Below, one piece after another: positions 34,603 to 44,011 of a DNA stretch of 64,000 bases. Both the position numbers and the translations under genes were made by a program. Below the pieces are notes generated by a model. That model had not been told where the DNA came from and searched no databases. It worked only from the letters and a program-made list of their open reading frames with translations. Source of the stretch: Planctomycetota bacterium (GTDB lineage: Bacteria > Planctomycetota > Phycisphaerae > SM23-33). Numbering within the stretch: the stretch's first letter is position 1; each line of letters begins with the position of its first letter. The DNA lies in assembly GCA_016235825.1 (NCBI GenBank), contig JACRIL010000102.1:751-64750 (forward strand), written 5' to 3'.

Positions 34603-35334
34603 ATGAAAGACTGGAAACAGCGTTTGTATGACAATTACATCTCGACCGGGCAAGCCGGAACGGGTATCAATCGGCAGACCGGCCTGAATATCGGCGATTA
34701 TCCCTACTTTTCCAGACTCATCAGGAAACACCTGCCGGACAGGAAAGACATTGCCATTCTTGATTTGGCCTGCGGACATGGAGCATTGATATACTGCCTG
34801 AAGAAACTCGGTTATTGCAATCTTGAAGGAGTTGATATTTCACCGCAGCAGGTGGCTTTGGCGCATGAATCAGGGTTAAGAGAAATCAGATGCCAGGACA
34901 TGATGGATTTTCTGAAAGACAAAGTAAACGCTTTTGATGTCATCTTTTTGATGGACATTCTTGAACATTTGAGCAAAGTCGAGCTTTGCGATTGCCTGGA
35001 TCAAGTCAGTAAATCGCTGACAGCAAATGGAATGGTTGTAATACATGTTCCCAACGCGGAAGGAATATTCGGGATGAGGATCCGCTACGGGGATGTGACA
35101 CACGAGAACTGTTTCACCCCGCAGTCAATCAGACAGGCATTAAGAGTCTGCGGCATCCATAGCGTGGAATGTTTTGAAGACAAGCCCCTTATTCATGGTT
35201 TAAAAAGCTTATTCAGGTATATTTTATGGGTGCTGTTGACAGCGCCATTTCGCTTGTTGTTGGCTGCGGAGACTGGAACTACCGGGCAGGTTCTTTCCCA
35301 GAATATGTTGGTCGTTGCAAGGAAATTTGCCTGA
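34603..35334 (+). CDS. class I SAM-dependent methyltransferase (low-GC)
   Basis: Motif I ILDLACGHGALI and post-I FLMDILEHL. Confidence 0.8.
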   Translation: MKDWKQRLYDNYISTGQAGTGINRQTGLNIGDYPYFSRLIRKHLPDRKDIAILDLACGHGALIYCLKKLGYCNLEGVDISPQQVALAHESGLREIRCQDMMDFLKDKVNAFDVIFLMDILEHLSKVELCDCLDQVSKSLTANGMVVIHVPNAEGIFGMRIRYGDVTHENCFTPQSIRQALRVCGIHSVECFEDKPLIHGLKSLFRYILWVLLTAPFRLLLAAETGTTGQVLSQNMLVVARKFA

Positions 35335-35363
35335 CATGGCGGGAATACGGCAGAGACAAAAGC

Positions 35364-37268
35364 ATGTGCGGGATAGCCGGCATAATAACGAAGGACGCCC
35401 CGGCGGCGGAGTCGGCGCTGGCGAAGATGGGCGATACCCAGCGCCATCGCGGGCCTGACGATGCCGGGCGGGTCGTCCTGCCGTTCGGGCGGGCGAGCCT
35501 GGGGCTGGGCCATCGCAGGCTGGCGATACTCGATCTCTCGCCGGCCGGCCATCAGCCGATGGTCTGCCCGACGACCGGCAACGTCATCGTCTTCAACGGC
35601 GAGATATACAATTATTTGCGTCTGCGGCGTGAGCTTGCCGATATGGGCCAGCGATTTGCCGGCAGCAGCGACACCGAGGTGCTGCTGCACGCGCTGGGCC
35701 GCTGGGGGCCGGAATGTCTCGCCCGGCTGGAAGGGATGTTCGCCCTGGCGTTTTACGACGCACGGGCGGGCAGGCTGATTTTGGCCCGCGATCCCATGGG
35801 CATCAAGCCGCTCTACGTGGCGGCAGGCCGCGAGCAATTCGCATTCGCCAGCGAGATAGGCGCGCTGTTGGCGGCCGGGCTGACAGACCGGCAGATCGAC
35901 CCGGTTGGCCTGGAAAGTTTTCTGGCTTACGGGTCTGTGCAGGAACCGGCCACGTTTTTCAAGGACGTCAAAGCATTTCCGCCGGGTTGCCGGCAGGAGT
36001 TCACGGCCCAAGGCGATTCGTGGAGGGCGCAGCCGCCGGTGAAACACTGGTTTTTCCCTCGCCGCGACGACCGGGCGGGCGGGGGCGACCTGCCGGAGGC
36101 AATACGATCTACTCTCGATCAGGCCGTCGCAGATCATCTCGTCAGCGACGTGCCGGTCGGGGTGTTCCTGTCGGCCGGGCTGGACAGCTCGACCATCGCC
36201 GCGCTGGCGAAAAAGCACAGCCCGGACCTGCGGGCATACACCGTCGGCTTTTCGGGCCGGCGCGGCAAAAGCGAGAGCGGACCGGCGGCCCAAACGGCGA
36301 TGTCGCTGGGCATGAGACACGAACTGATCGAACTTTCCGCCGAACAGGCGCTGGCCGACTGCGGATGCTGGCTTGAACATATCGACCAGCCGTCAATCGA
36401 CGGGCTGAACACGTACATCATCAGCAAGGCCGTCCGATCGGCCGGGATTGTGGTGGCCCTGTCGGGTCTGGGCGGCGACGAACTGTTCGGCGGATACTCC
36501 ACGTTCTTTCGCGCACCGTTAATCGCCCGCGCGGGAGAGATCGCCGGGGAGCTTGGCCGGCCGGCCGCCAAAGCGTTCATCGCGATGTTGTCCGCGGTAA
36601 TGCCACAGTATCGCAGGCACAAATTCCTTGACACGCCGCTGTCCGGCGGCCTGATGGCTGCGTATCTGCATTGCAGGCGTGTGTTCAGCGAAGACAGCCT
36701 GGCCAGGCTTGGCCTGAAGGGATCGGCCTGCGCGGACGGCCGGCGACATCTGCCGCGCGAGGCCGAGACGAGCATCGAGATTGATCCGGCCGATGGAGTC
36801 TGGACGGTCAGCATGCTGGAGTCGCGTCTGTACATGCGGAACACGCTGCTGCGCGACGCCGACGCGAACGGCATGGCCCACGGGTTGGAGATTCGCGTGC
36901 CGATGCTCGACCGGCGGATGCTGGACCTGATGCTTCCGCTGCCCGGCCGCACCAGGCTGCCCAACGGCAGGCCGAACAAATTTCTGCTGCGCTCTGCGAT
37001 GGCCGACCTGCTCGACCGCCGGCTGCTGGGGCGGCCCAAGACCGGCTTCGCCCTGCCGATAGACGCCTGGATGCGAACCTCGATGCGGCCGCTCTGCCGC
37101 GATGCGATAACGTCGCTGAAATCATCAGGCCTGCTCGATCCGCGGGGCATCGAGGCGATCTGGCGGGAGTTCATCGACAACCCGGCCAACACCCGGTGGT
37201 GCGAACCGCTGGGACTGGTGGTCCTGGGTTTGTATCTGGATAAGATCAGGGCCATAAGACTATTATGA
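35364..37268 (+). CDS. asnB: asparagine synthase (glutamine-hydrolysing) family amidotransferase
   Basis: N-terminal nucleophile MCGIAGI, the GAT-II domain, and the PP-loop variant FLSAGLDSS. The true start is the internal ATG of ORF 35226..37268. Confidence 0.85.
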   Translation: MCGIAGIITKDAPAAESALAKMGDTQRHRGPDDAGRVVLPFGRASLGLGHRRLAILDLSPAGHQPMVCPTTGNVIVFNGEIYNYLRLRRELADMGQRFAGSSDTEVLLHALGRWGPECLARLEGMFALAFYDARAGRLILARDPMGIKPLYVAAGREQFAFASEIGALLAAGLTDRQIDPVGLESFLAYGSVQEPATFFKDVKAFPPGCRQEFTAQGDSWRAQPPVKHWFFPRRDDRAGGGDLPEAIRSTLDQAVADHLVSDVPVGVFLSAGLDSSTIAALAKKHSPDLRAYTVGFSGRRGKSESGPAAQTAMSLGMRHELIELSAEQALADCGCWLEHIDQPSIDGLNTYIISKAVRSAGIVVALSGLGGDELFGGYSTFFRAPLIARAGEIAGELGRPAAKAFIAMLSAVMPQYRRHKFLDTPLSGGLMAAYLHCRRVFSEDSLARLGLKGSACADGRRHLPREAETSIEIDPADGVWTVSMLESRLYMRNTLLRDADANGMAHGLEIRVPMLDRRMLDLMLPLPGRTRLPNGRPNKFLLRSAMADLLDRRLLGRPKTGFALPIDAWMRTSMRPLCRDAITSLKSSGLLDPRGIEAIWREFIDNPANTRWCEPLGLVVLGLYLDKIRAIRLL

Positions 37269-37284
37269 ACCGGACTGATTTTTT

Positions 37285-37372
37285 CGTGGCACGGGCATCT
37301 TGCCCGTGTGTTCCATGGGCGTCTCGCCCATGCACGTTCGCAGCTTCTCACGGCCGGGACGGCTGTGCCACG
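37285..37372. repeat. array of three 19-nt palindromic hairpins enclosed by CGTGGCA/TGCCACG
   Basis: CACGGGCA-TCT-TGCCCGTG (37290-37308), CATGGGCG-TCT-CGCCCATG (37314-37332) and CACGGCCG-GGA-CGGCTGTG (37349-37367). The array starts 17 nt after the asnB stop. Confidence 0.85.
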
Positions 37373-37389
37373 AATTTATTGGGGCGATA

Positions 37390-38634
37390 ATGAATCGGAC
37401 CGGTTCTCTGAAAATTGTCCACACGATAACGTCTATCGCGTCATCGACCGGCGGGCCGGCCAGGTCGGTCGTCGGGTTGTGCGAGGCGCTGGCCCGGCAG
37501 GGACATCGGCCGGCGATCTGCACGCAGGATACAACTGAATCGCTTGGTCCGGATTTTCCGGCCGACCCGTCGGTAGCGGTAATCAGATCGCGATGTATGT
37601 TCGTCCGTCCGCTGCGGCTGGCCGTTCCGGTCGGGTACGGCAGGGCGCTCGATTCGGCATGCGGCAGAGCCGACGTCCTGCATTCACACGGGCTGTGGGA
37701 GCCGATCAATTATCTTGCGGCACGGACGGCAGCCCGGCTGAAAATTCCGCACGTGATTTCGCCTCGCGGTTCTTTGCAGCAGGCTGCGCTGCGAAGGTCC
37801 GGCTGGAAAAAGGCCGTCGCGGGCGCCGTTTTCGCCCGGCGCACCCTTGCGTCGGCGGATTGCATCCACGCGGCCTCGATGCTGGAGGCGCGGCACGCGG
37901 CGATGTACCAGCCGCATGCGCGGGCGATAGCGGTTGTGCCCAACGGCCTGGACCTGGCTGAATATCAGGACTGCGACGAGGATCGCGGCAGGCAAATTCT
38001 CGAGGTCCGCTGGCCGGAGATGAAGGGCAGGCGAATCGTCCTGTTTCTCGGCCGGCTGCACCCGCACAAGGGAACGGTCGAACTCATCGAGGCCTGGGCG
38101 GAATTGACGCGGACCGCCGCCGGGCATGATCGCGATTGGCTGCTCGTGCTGGCCGGGCCAGACCAGGACGGCCACGCCGCGCAGCTCCGCCGCAGGCTGG
38201 CGGACCTTGGCGCGGCGGACAGCGTCGTCTTTACGGGCCAGGTTGCGGGTCAGGAAAAGCTCGCCCTGCTGGCCGCGTGCCGGTTTCTCGTGCTGCCCAG
38301 CGCCAGCGAGAACTTCGGGCTGGCCGCGGCCGAGGCGCTCGCGTCCGCCCGGCCGGTCGTGGTCAACGAGTCTTCGCCCTGGCAGGAGCTTGAACAGACC
38401 GGCTGCGGACTGGTCGCCGTCGGGCGGCCAGGAGGGTCGCTGCGCGAGTGCGTCAGCCGGATGATGTCGATGCCAGACGCCGGCCTGGCGGAAATGGGCC
38501 GGTCGGGCAGAAAATTTGTGCAGGACCGTTTCGCATGGCAGACGGTAGCGGAACAGATGATCGCCCTTTATGATTGGCTGGCCCGCGACGGCCCCAGGCC
38601 GGCGTTCGTCTATCGTCCGCCCGAACTGGTTTGA
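37390..38634 (+). CDS. glycosyltransferase family 4
   Basis: Start MNRTGSLKIVHTITS. C-terminal LPSASENFGLAAAEALASARPVV motif. Confidence 0.8.
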   Translation: MNRTGSLKIVHTITSIASSTGGPARSVVGLCEALARQGHRPAICTQDTTESLGPDFPADPSVAVIRSRCMFVRPLRLAVPVGYGRALDSACGRADVLHSHGLWEPINYLAARTAARLKIPHVISPRGSLQQAALRRSGWKKAVAGAVFARRTLASADCIHAASMLEARHAAMYQPHARAIAVVPNGLDLAEYQDCDEDRGRQILEVRWPEMKGRRIVLFLGRLHPHKGTVELIEAWAELTRTAAGHDRDWLLVLAGPDQDGHAAQLRRRLADLGAADSVVFTGQVAGQEKLALLAACRFLVLPSASENFGLAAAEALASARPVVVNESSPWQELEQTGCGLVAVGRPGGSLRECVSRMMSMPDAGLAEMGRSGRKFVQDRFAWQTVAEQMIALYDWLARDGPRPAFVYRPPELV

Positions 38635-38735
38635 AGGCTGCACAAAACCCGCCGGAGCAGGCTTTTAATATTACGCCTGCGAAGTTGTAATTTTAATCTT
38701 TGTCATTTTTCTGCTGTTAAAATGATATGAAACAT

Positions 38736-38811
38736 CCCCCTGCTGGCGCAGGGGGCTTTATGATCGGTTCGCCGACGGATTTGTTTTAAAGCCCCGCATG
38801 TAAATGCGGGG
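38736..38811. repeat. family-2 hairpin pair (B then A module)
   Basis: CCCCCTGC-TGGC-GCAGGGGGCTTTATGA, then a 22-nt spacer with a CGG-TTCG-CCG mini-hairpin, then TTTTAAAGCCCCGCAT-GTAA-ATGCGGGGATGC. The same modules form the ends of the 61971-62370 foldback. Confidence 0.8.
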
Positions 38812-38857
38812 ATGCCGCGTTGAAATTCGAGAGTATGTTTCCAGCGGAGAAGAAATA

Positions 38858-41002
38858 ATGCCTGTCAACGTCTCTTCAAAACGGAGAATTTTCATACGCA
38901 TATTGGCGATACTGCTGATGCTGCTGGTTGGGTCGGCTTATTGTGAATTCGTCCGAAGTTATACCATGACACAGCCGATGCCGGACCTGGCGACCTACAG
39001 AGCGGTGATAGTTGCAACGACAGTCGCCGTTCTTTGCTTTGTAATATTCGTGGCACTTCTGGCGGCCCGGCTGATCCGCCCTGACCATCCGGCGGGCCGG
39101 AATTTTCCGCCCGAATTTTATGCCGCCCTGGAAAGCTCCGGGCATATCCTCTACAAGTACGACGTTCAGAAAAACCATTTTGAATATATCAGCCCGAACG
39201 TGCGGGAAATACTCGGCTTCGCCCCCGAATACTTCAACGGAAAATCTTTCGACGAACTGTCGCAGGGTATTCATCCGGAAGACAGGCTCATGCTTCAGAA
39301 GTTCCTGGAAGGGGGTGCCGCAGCGCATAAGGGCGGCGCGGCAACCGCGGCGGTCGAATACCGGCGAATGACCGCCGACGGGCGATATTGCTGGGTCGCG
39401 GATCGGTGCAATCTTCATTTCGACAATGCCGGCCGGCTGACCGCCATAGTCGGCTCGATGTATGACATAACCCGTCGCAAGGAAGACCAGTTGAAGATCG
39501 GCGAACTGCAGGGCCGCCACAGGGACCTTTTTGAGAGCATCGGCGACGCTATTTTCATCGGCGACGGCGGCGGGCGGTTCCTCGACGTGAATCCCGCCGC
39601 GTGCCGGCAGCTCGGCTGCGACAGGCGGGAATTGCTGAATATGGCGGTTCAGGACATTATTCCACCCCAGGAGATGGGCACGCTGGGCAGGACGATGGAT
39701 GCCGTGCTCAAAACGGGCAAGGCCGAACTGGAGTCGGTCCACGTCCGCAAGGACGGCGTCCGCGTCCCGGTCGAACTGCGGATCAGCCTGATCGATTACG
39801 CCGGCAAGCCCGCGTTTCTGGCCGTCGCCCGCGACATAACCGATCGCAGGGCGGCGCAGGAGGCGGTCAGGCAGAGCGAAGAAAGATACAGGCAACTGAT
39901 CGAGACCGCCTACGAGGGCGTGGCGGTGATAGGACAAGACAAATTCCTGTTCGCCAACGAAAGCACATCCAGAATTTCCGGCTACAGCGTGCAGGAACTC
40001 GCCGGCATGCACCCCATGGAAATAATTCATCCGGAAGACCGTGAAATGGTCCGCAAATATCATGATGACAGACTTGCGGGTCTGCCTGCCCCGTCGCGTT
40101 ATGAATTTCAGCTTGTGCGAAAGGACGGCCAGGTCGTTTGGGTCCACATTTCCGCGATAAAGATAAACTGGCAGGGCCAGCCCGCCTCGCTGGGACTGCT
40201 GCTGGACGTAACAGACCTCATAAACGCGCAGGACGCCCTCCAGAAGGGACAGGAATATCTCGAAAAGCGGGTCAAGGAAAGGACCGCCGAACTGGCCCGC
40301 GCCAACCGCGAATTGGAGGCCGAGATAGAGGAGCGGCGCAGGATGGAGCGGATACTGCAGGATGTCCGGCGCACGCTGCTCGTCGCGCGGGAAGACGAGC
40401 GCCGGCAGGTCGCCATGGACCTGCACGACTCGATCGGACAGAAGGTGATCGCCATGAATCTTTCGCTGCAATCCATTCTGGCCGGGAAAAGCAGCCTGGG
40501 CGACGGCCCGGTCGGCCGGACGCTTTCGGACCTGGCCGGAAACTGCACGTCGCTGATCCGCGAGATCAGGCAGATATCGCACGGGCTGTATCCGCCTACG
40601 CTCGAATCGCTGGGCCTGGCAAACGCCCTGGCGCAGATGATCCATGACGCCCAGGCGGCCGGCAGGATACGGCTGGACTGCCCGGGCGATCTCCAGCGGA
40701 TGCGGCTTGCGCCGCGGCAGGAAATTCAGCTTTTTCGCATAGCCCAGGAGGCCCTGGCCAACGCGCTCAAGCACAGCCAGGCCGGGCACGTTATCCTGAG
40801 CCTGGCCCGGAAGGACGACAGGATCATCCTGGCGGTGTCGGATGACGGAAAAGGTTTCGATCCCGGCGGCACGGCCGGCGGAATGGGCCTCAATACCATG
40901 CGCGACCGGGCGCAGAGCTGCGGCGGGGCGCTGCGGATCGACTCGACGCCGGGCCGGACGGTCATAGAGGCCGAGGTCCCGGCGAACGTCAGCGATTATT
41001 GA
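38858..41002 (+). CDS. membrane-anchored multi-PAS sensor histidine kinase (HisKA_3/NarX-LiaS type)
   Basis: N-terminal TM segments and about three PAS modules. H-box DLHDSIGQKVIAM. ATP-lid GGMGLNTMRDRA. GGAG SD before ATG 38858. No cognate regulator is adjacent. Confidence 0.8.
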   Translation: MPVNVSSKRRIFIRILAILLMLLVGSAYCEFVRSYTMTQPMPDLATYRAVIVATTVAVLCFVIFVALLAARLIRPDHPAGRNFPPEFYAALESSGHILYKYDVQKNHFEYISPNVREILGFAPEYFNGKSFDELSQGIHPEDRLMLQKFLEGGAAAHKGGAATAAVEYRRMTADGRYCWVADRCNLHFDNAGRLTAIVGSMYDITRRKEDQLKIGELQGRHRDLFESIGDAIFIGDGGGRFLDVNPAACRQLGCDRRELLNMAVQDIIPPQEMGTLGRTMDAVLKTGKAELESVHVRKDGVRVPVELRISLIDYAGKPAFLAVARDITDRRAAQEAVRQSEERYRQLIETAYEGVAVIGQDKFLFANESTSRISGYSVQELAGMHPMEIIHPEDREMVRKYHDDRLAGLPAPSRYEFQLVRKDGQVVWVHISAIKINWQGQPASLGLLLDVTDLINAQDALQKGQEYLEKRVKERTAELARANRELEAEIEERRRMERILQDVRRTLLVAREDERRQVAMDLHDSIGQKVIAMNLSLQSILAGKSSLGDGPVGRTLSDLAGNCTSLIREIRQISHGLYPPTLESLGLANALAQMIHDAQAAGRIRLDCPGDLQRMRLAPRQEIQLFRIAQEALANALKHSQAGHVILSLARKDDRIILAVSDDGKGFDPGGTAGGMGLNTMRDRAQSCGGALRIDSTPGRTVIEAEVPANVSDY

Positions 41003-42155
41003 AGAGCGACTCATACAGCCGCTCAATCCGCTCGACCATTACGCGCCAGTCGAAGATGGTCCGGCATTTTTCGCGGCCTGCGGCGCCGAGTTGCTGCCGC
41101 AGTTGCGGCGAGGCTGTGAGTTTCTCAATCGCCGCGGCCAGGCCCGCAACGTCGCGCGGGGCAAGCAGCACGCCCGTGGTCTCGTCGATTACTTCTCTCG
41201 CGCCGTCGACGTCAAAGCTGACGACCGGCCGGGCGGCGAGCATCGCCTGCGGTATCGCCCTTGCAAGACCCTCGCGGAGCGAGCAGTGGATAACGATATC
41301 GCTGGCGTGCATGACGGCCGGGATCAGGTCGGGCGCCAGCAGACCGGTCAGATGGAATCGGTCGGACAGGTCCGACCGGGCGATTGCGGCCTTTATCTGC
41401 CCGGCAAGCCAGCCGTCGCCGACAAAACAGAAATGCACCCGCCTGTCGGCGATCCGCCGGGCCGCCTCGAGGATGAAGTCGTGGCCTTTGAGTTCCGCAA
41501 GGCGCGAGACCTGCGCAATCAAAATGGCGTCTGCCGGCAGATTGAGCGACTCGCGGAACCTGTCCGCCCCGGCCGGCCGGATCATGTACGGCTCGACCTC
41601 CATCCCGCTGTAGATAGTCGTGTATTGCCGCCGCTGGCCCACGCCTGCCGCAAGGGCCTGATTCGTCATCGCGTCGGCCACGCTGATTATCGCGTCGCTT
41701 TGCCGGGCGGCGCGCCGTTCGAGCGCCGTGAATAAAAAATTGGCCAGCGGATTCTGATACGGATGAAACGCCAGGCCGTGGATTGTGTGAACGATCCGCA
41801 CCCGCGGACCGCCGGGCCTGCTCCGAACATCATGCGCCGCCTGCCTGCCCAAAATGCCCGCCTTCGACGAATGAGTGTGAATGATGTCCGGGCGAAGCTC
41901 GCCGATCAGCCTCGCCAGCGCCCGATACGCCGCAAGGTCCTCACCGGGCGAGATCTGCCTGACCAGCGGCGGCAGTTCGACGTACCGGTATCCGCCGCCG
42001 CGCGCCCGACCGACGAGCCTGCCCTCCGGCCCGACCGTAGGGCCGCTCACGAGAATAACCTCGTGCCCGCGTGCGCAGAGACCCTCACAGCTCAGGATCG
42101 TGTTTTCCTGAGCGCCGCCCACTATCAGCCGGGTTATCACGTGGCATATCCGCAT
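40989..42155 (-). CDS. glycosyltransferase family 4
   Basis: MRICHVITRLIVGGAQ N-terminus and CSLREGLARAIPQAMLAARPVV. The 3' end overlaps the kinase 3' end by 14 nt (convergent). Confidence 0.8.
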   Translation of the reverse strand: MRICHVITRLIVGGAQENTILSCEGLCARGHEVILVSGPTVGPEGRLVGRARGGGYRYVELPPLVRQISPGEDLAAYRALARLIGELRPDIIHTHSSKAGILGRQAAHDVRSRPGGPRVRIVHTIHGLAFHPYQNPLANFLFTALERRAARQSDAIISVADAMTNQALAAGVGQRRQYTTIYSGMEVEPYMIRPAGADRFRESLNLPADAILIAQVSRLAELKGHDFILEAARRIADRRVHFCFVGDGWLAGQIKAAIARSDLSDRFHLTGLLAPDLIPAVMHASDIVIHCSLREGLARAIPQAMLAARPVVSFDVDGAREVIDETTGVLLAPRDVAGLAAAIEKLTASPQLRQQLGAAGREKCRTIFDWRVMVERIERLYESLFNNR

Positions 42156-42353
42156 TGCAGCACATCGCCTGTCGGCGATAATTATTCTTCAGATCGGCTT
42201 GTTAAGCCAGAGTTTTTCTGTTTTGCCGGATCGCGGGTGTAAGAGCCTGTCCGAATAACTACGATGGACTGCGGGGCATTCTGTTCGGGACTCAAAATTT
42301 ATCAGGTAAAAGTTCTGCCTGCCGGTTTATTTTAAAATTTTTCCATTTTTCAG

Positions 42354-42382
42354 TTGACAATAATGTACGAACTGAACATAAT
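42354..42382 (+). promoter_or_regulatory. sigma70-like promoter TTGACA-17 nt-CATAAT, 8 nt before the deoR-family ATG
   Basis: TTGACA at 42354-42359, CATAAT at 42377-42382 and ATG at 42391. There is no SD. Confidence 0.5.
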
Positions 42383-42390
42383 ATAACATT

Positions 42391-43170
42391 ATGCCCAGAA
42401 GCGCCGCACAAGCCGTCGCCCGCCGCCGCGAGCTGGTGAATATACTGGCCCGCAGGCAGAGCCTCAGCATCGCCGATGCGGCGGGCCGTTTCGGCGTCAA
42501 CGGGATGACGATCCGGCGGGATATGAAGATGCTTCAGGACTCCGGCGCGGTCCTGCGCTGCTACGGCGGGGCGGTGGCGGCGCAGAGGATCACGTTTGAA
42601 TTCGCCTTCGACGAGCGGCGCCGCAGCCGGCTGGCCGAGAAACGGCGGATCGGCAGGGCGGCAGCCGGGCTGATCGGGGACGGTCAGACCGCTTTTCTCG
42701 ACACGGGCACGACGACGCTGGAGGTCGCGCGGGCCATCGTGGCGCGAGGCATCGCCTGCCGGATAGCGACTAGCAGCCTCGTAATCGCCAGTGAGCTGTG
42801 GGGGCGAGAGCAGATCGAACTGGTTCTTTTGGGCGGACAGGTGCGGCGGGGCAGCCCCGACCTGGTAGGCCCGGGCACGGAATTGATGCTGGACAAGCTG
42901 AGCGCCGATTTCGCCTTTTTGGGCAGCGAAGGCCTGGACGTGGCCCGCGGCAGCTTTGCAGACGATCCTCTGGCGGCGCAGGTGGCAGGCCACATGGCGG
43001 CCAATGCGAAGAAAACGGTCGTGGTCGCCGATCACTCCAAGCTTGGCAAGGTCGGCTCGGTGCAATACCTGCCGGTCGGCGACATGGATGTGCTGGTTAC
43101 CGATAAGGCAGCCCCGGCAGAGATCGTCGCGGCCCTGCGACGAAACAAAGTAAAGGTTGTCGTAGTTTAA
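42391..43170 (+). CDS. DeoR family transcriptional regulator
   Basis: N-terminal HTH RRRELVNILARRQSLSIADAAGRFGVNGMTIRRDMKML plus a C-terminal sugar-phosphate sensor domain. Confidence 0.85.
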   Translation: MPRSAAQAVARRRELVNILARRQSLSIADAAGRFGVNGMTIRRDMKMLQDSGAVLRCYGGAVAAQRITFEFAFDERRRSRLAEKRRIGRAAAGLIGDGQTAFLDTGTTTLEVARAIVARGIACRIATSSLVIASELWGREQIELVLLGGQVRRGSPDLVGPGTELMLDKLSADFAFLGSEGLDVARGSFADDPLAAQVAGHMAANAKKTVVVADHSKLGKVGSVQYLPVGDMDVLVTDKAAPAEIVAALRRNKVKVVVV

Positions 43171-43201
43171 AAATTCCAGTTTGACATATCAGGAGCCTTT
43201 T

Positions 43202-44011
43202 ATGGATGGACGCGAAATTAGGTTGAAGCGGCTGATGGGCAGCGGCAGAAGCGTTGTAATCGCCATCGACCACGGGCTTTTTGACGGGCCCATTGAGGCG
43301 ATGGAAGACCTGCCGGCGACCGCGGCGAAGATCAACCCAGTCGTAGACGCGGTGCTGCTGGCCCCGGGGATGCTGCGACACTGCTTCCCCGTCTTTGCCG
43401 ATCAGAAGCGGCCGCTTGCGGTTGTTCGGCTGAACTGGAACACCGTTTATTGCTTCCATTGGAAGTACACGCAGGCACACAGCGTCGAGGCGTACGGCGT
43501 CGAAGACGCCCTGCGGGAAGGCATGGACATAGCCCTGGTGTCGCTGACGCTGCAGACCGGCAGCGAGGATCGCGACGCGGCCAACGTGGAAATCTTCAGC
43601 CGGCTGACAAACCAGGCGCACAGGCTGGGCATCCCGGTCATAGGCGAGTATTTCCCCACGCGGCACGGCGAATTGTCACCTGAGCAACTGCACGAAAGCG
43701 TATTGGCCGGCAGCCGCATAGTGGCCGAACTGGGGGCAGACTCTATCAAGACATTCAACACGTGCAGATTTGCCGAGGTCGTGCGCGCCTGTCCGGTTCC
43801 GGTCCTGGGGCTGGGGGCGGAAAAGCTGCCGACGCCCAAGGCGGCTCTGGAACTGGCCGCCAGTGAAGTCGCTGCCGGCGCGGCCGGCGTGGTTTTCGGA
43901 CGCAACGCCATTCAGGTGGAAAATCCGTTCGCGTTTCAGGCCGCTTTATGCGACGTGGTAAGGAAAGGAGCGCAGGCAGATGAAGCCGTCCGCAAATACA
44001 ACATCGGCTGA
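43202..44011 (+). CDS. class I aldolase, DhnA/LsrF family
   Basis: ATG 6 nt after AGGAG. Motifs VVIAIDHG and GADSIKTFNT (Schiff-base Lys context). About 270 aa. Confidence 0.7.
   Translation: MDGREIRLKRLMGSGRSVVIAIDHGLFDGPIEAMEDLPATAAKINPVVDAVLLAPGMLRHCFPVFADQKRPLAVVRLNWNTVYCFHWKYTQAHSVEAYGVEDALREGMDIALVSLTLQTGSEDRDAANVEIFSRLTNQAHRLGIPVIGEYFPTRHGELSPEQLHESVLAGSRIVAELGADSIKTFNTCRFAEVVRACPVPVLGLGAEKLPTPKAALELAASEVAAGAAGVVFGRNAIQVENPFAFQAALCDVVRKGAQADEAVRKYNIG

Noticed and set aside
38876-41026. Very long ORFs antisense to, or out of frame with, confidently called genes. Examples are 38876..41026(-) 716 aa, 43755..45284(-), 48915..50444(-), 58810..60357(-), 36134..37351(-), 18356..19693(-), 19410..20612(-), 7800..9641(+) and 44051..45322(+).
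   Set aside because: Their translations are Arg/Pro/Gly/Ala-rich low-complexity strings with no recognisable motifs. Each is fully covered by a gene with strong family signatures. Long stop-free alternative frames are expected in GC-rich DNA.
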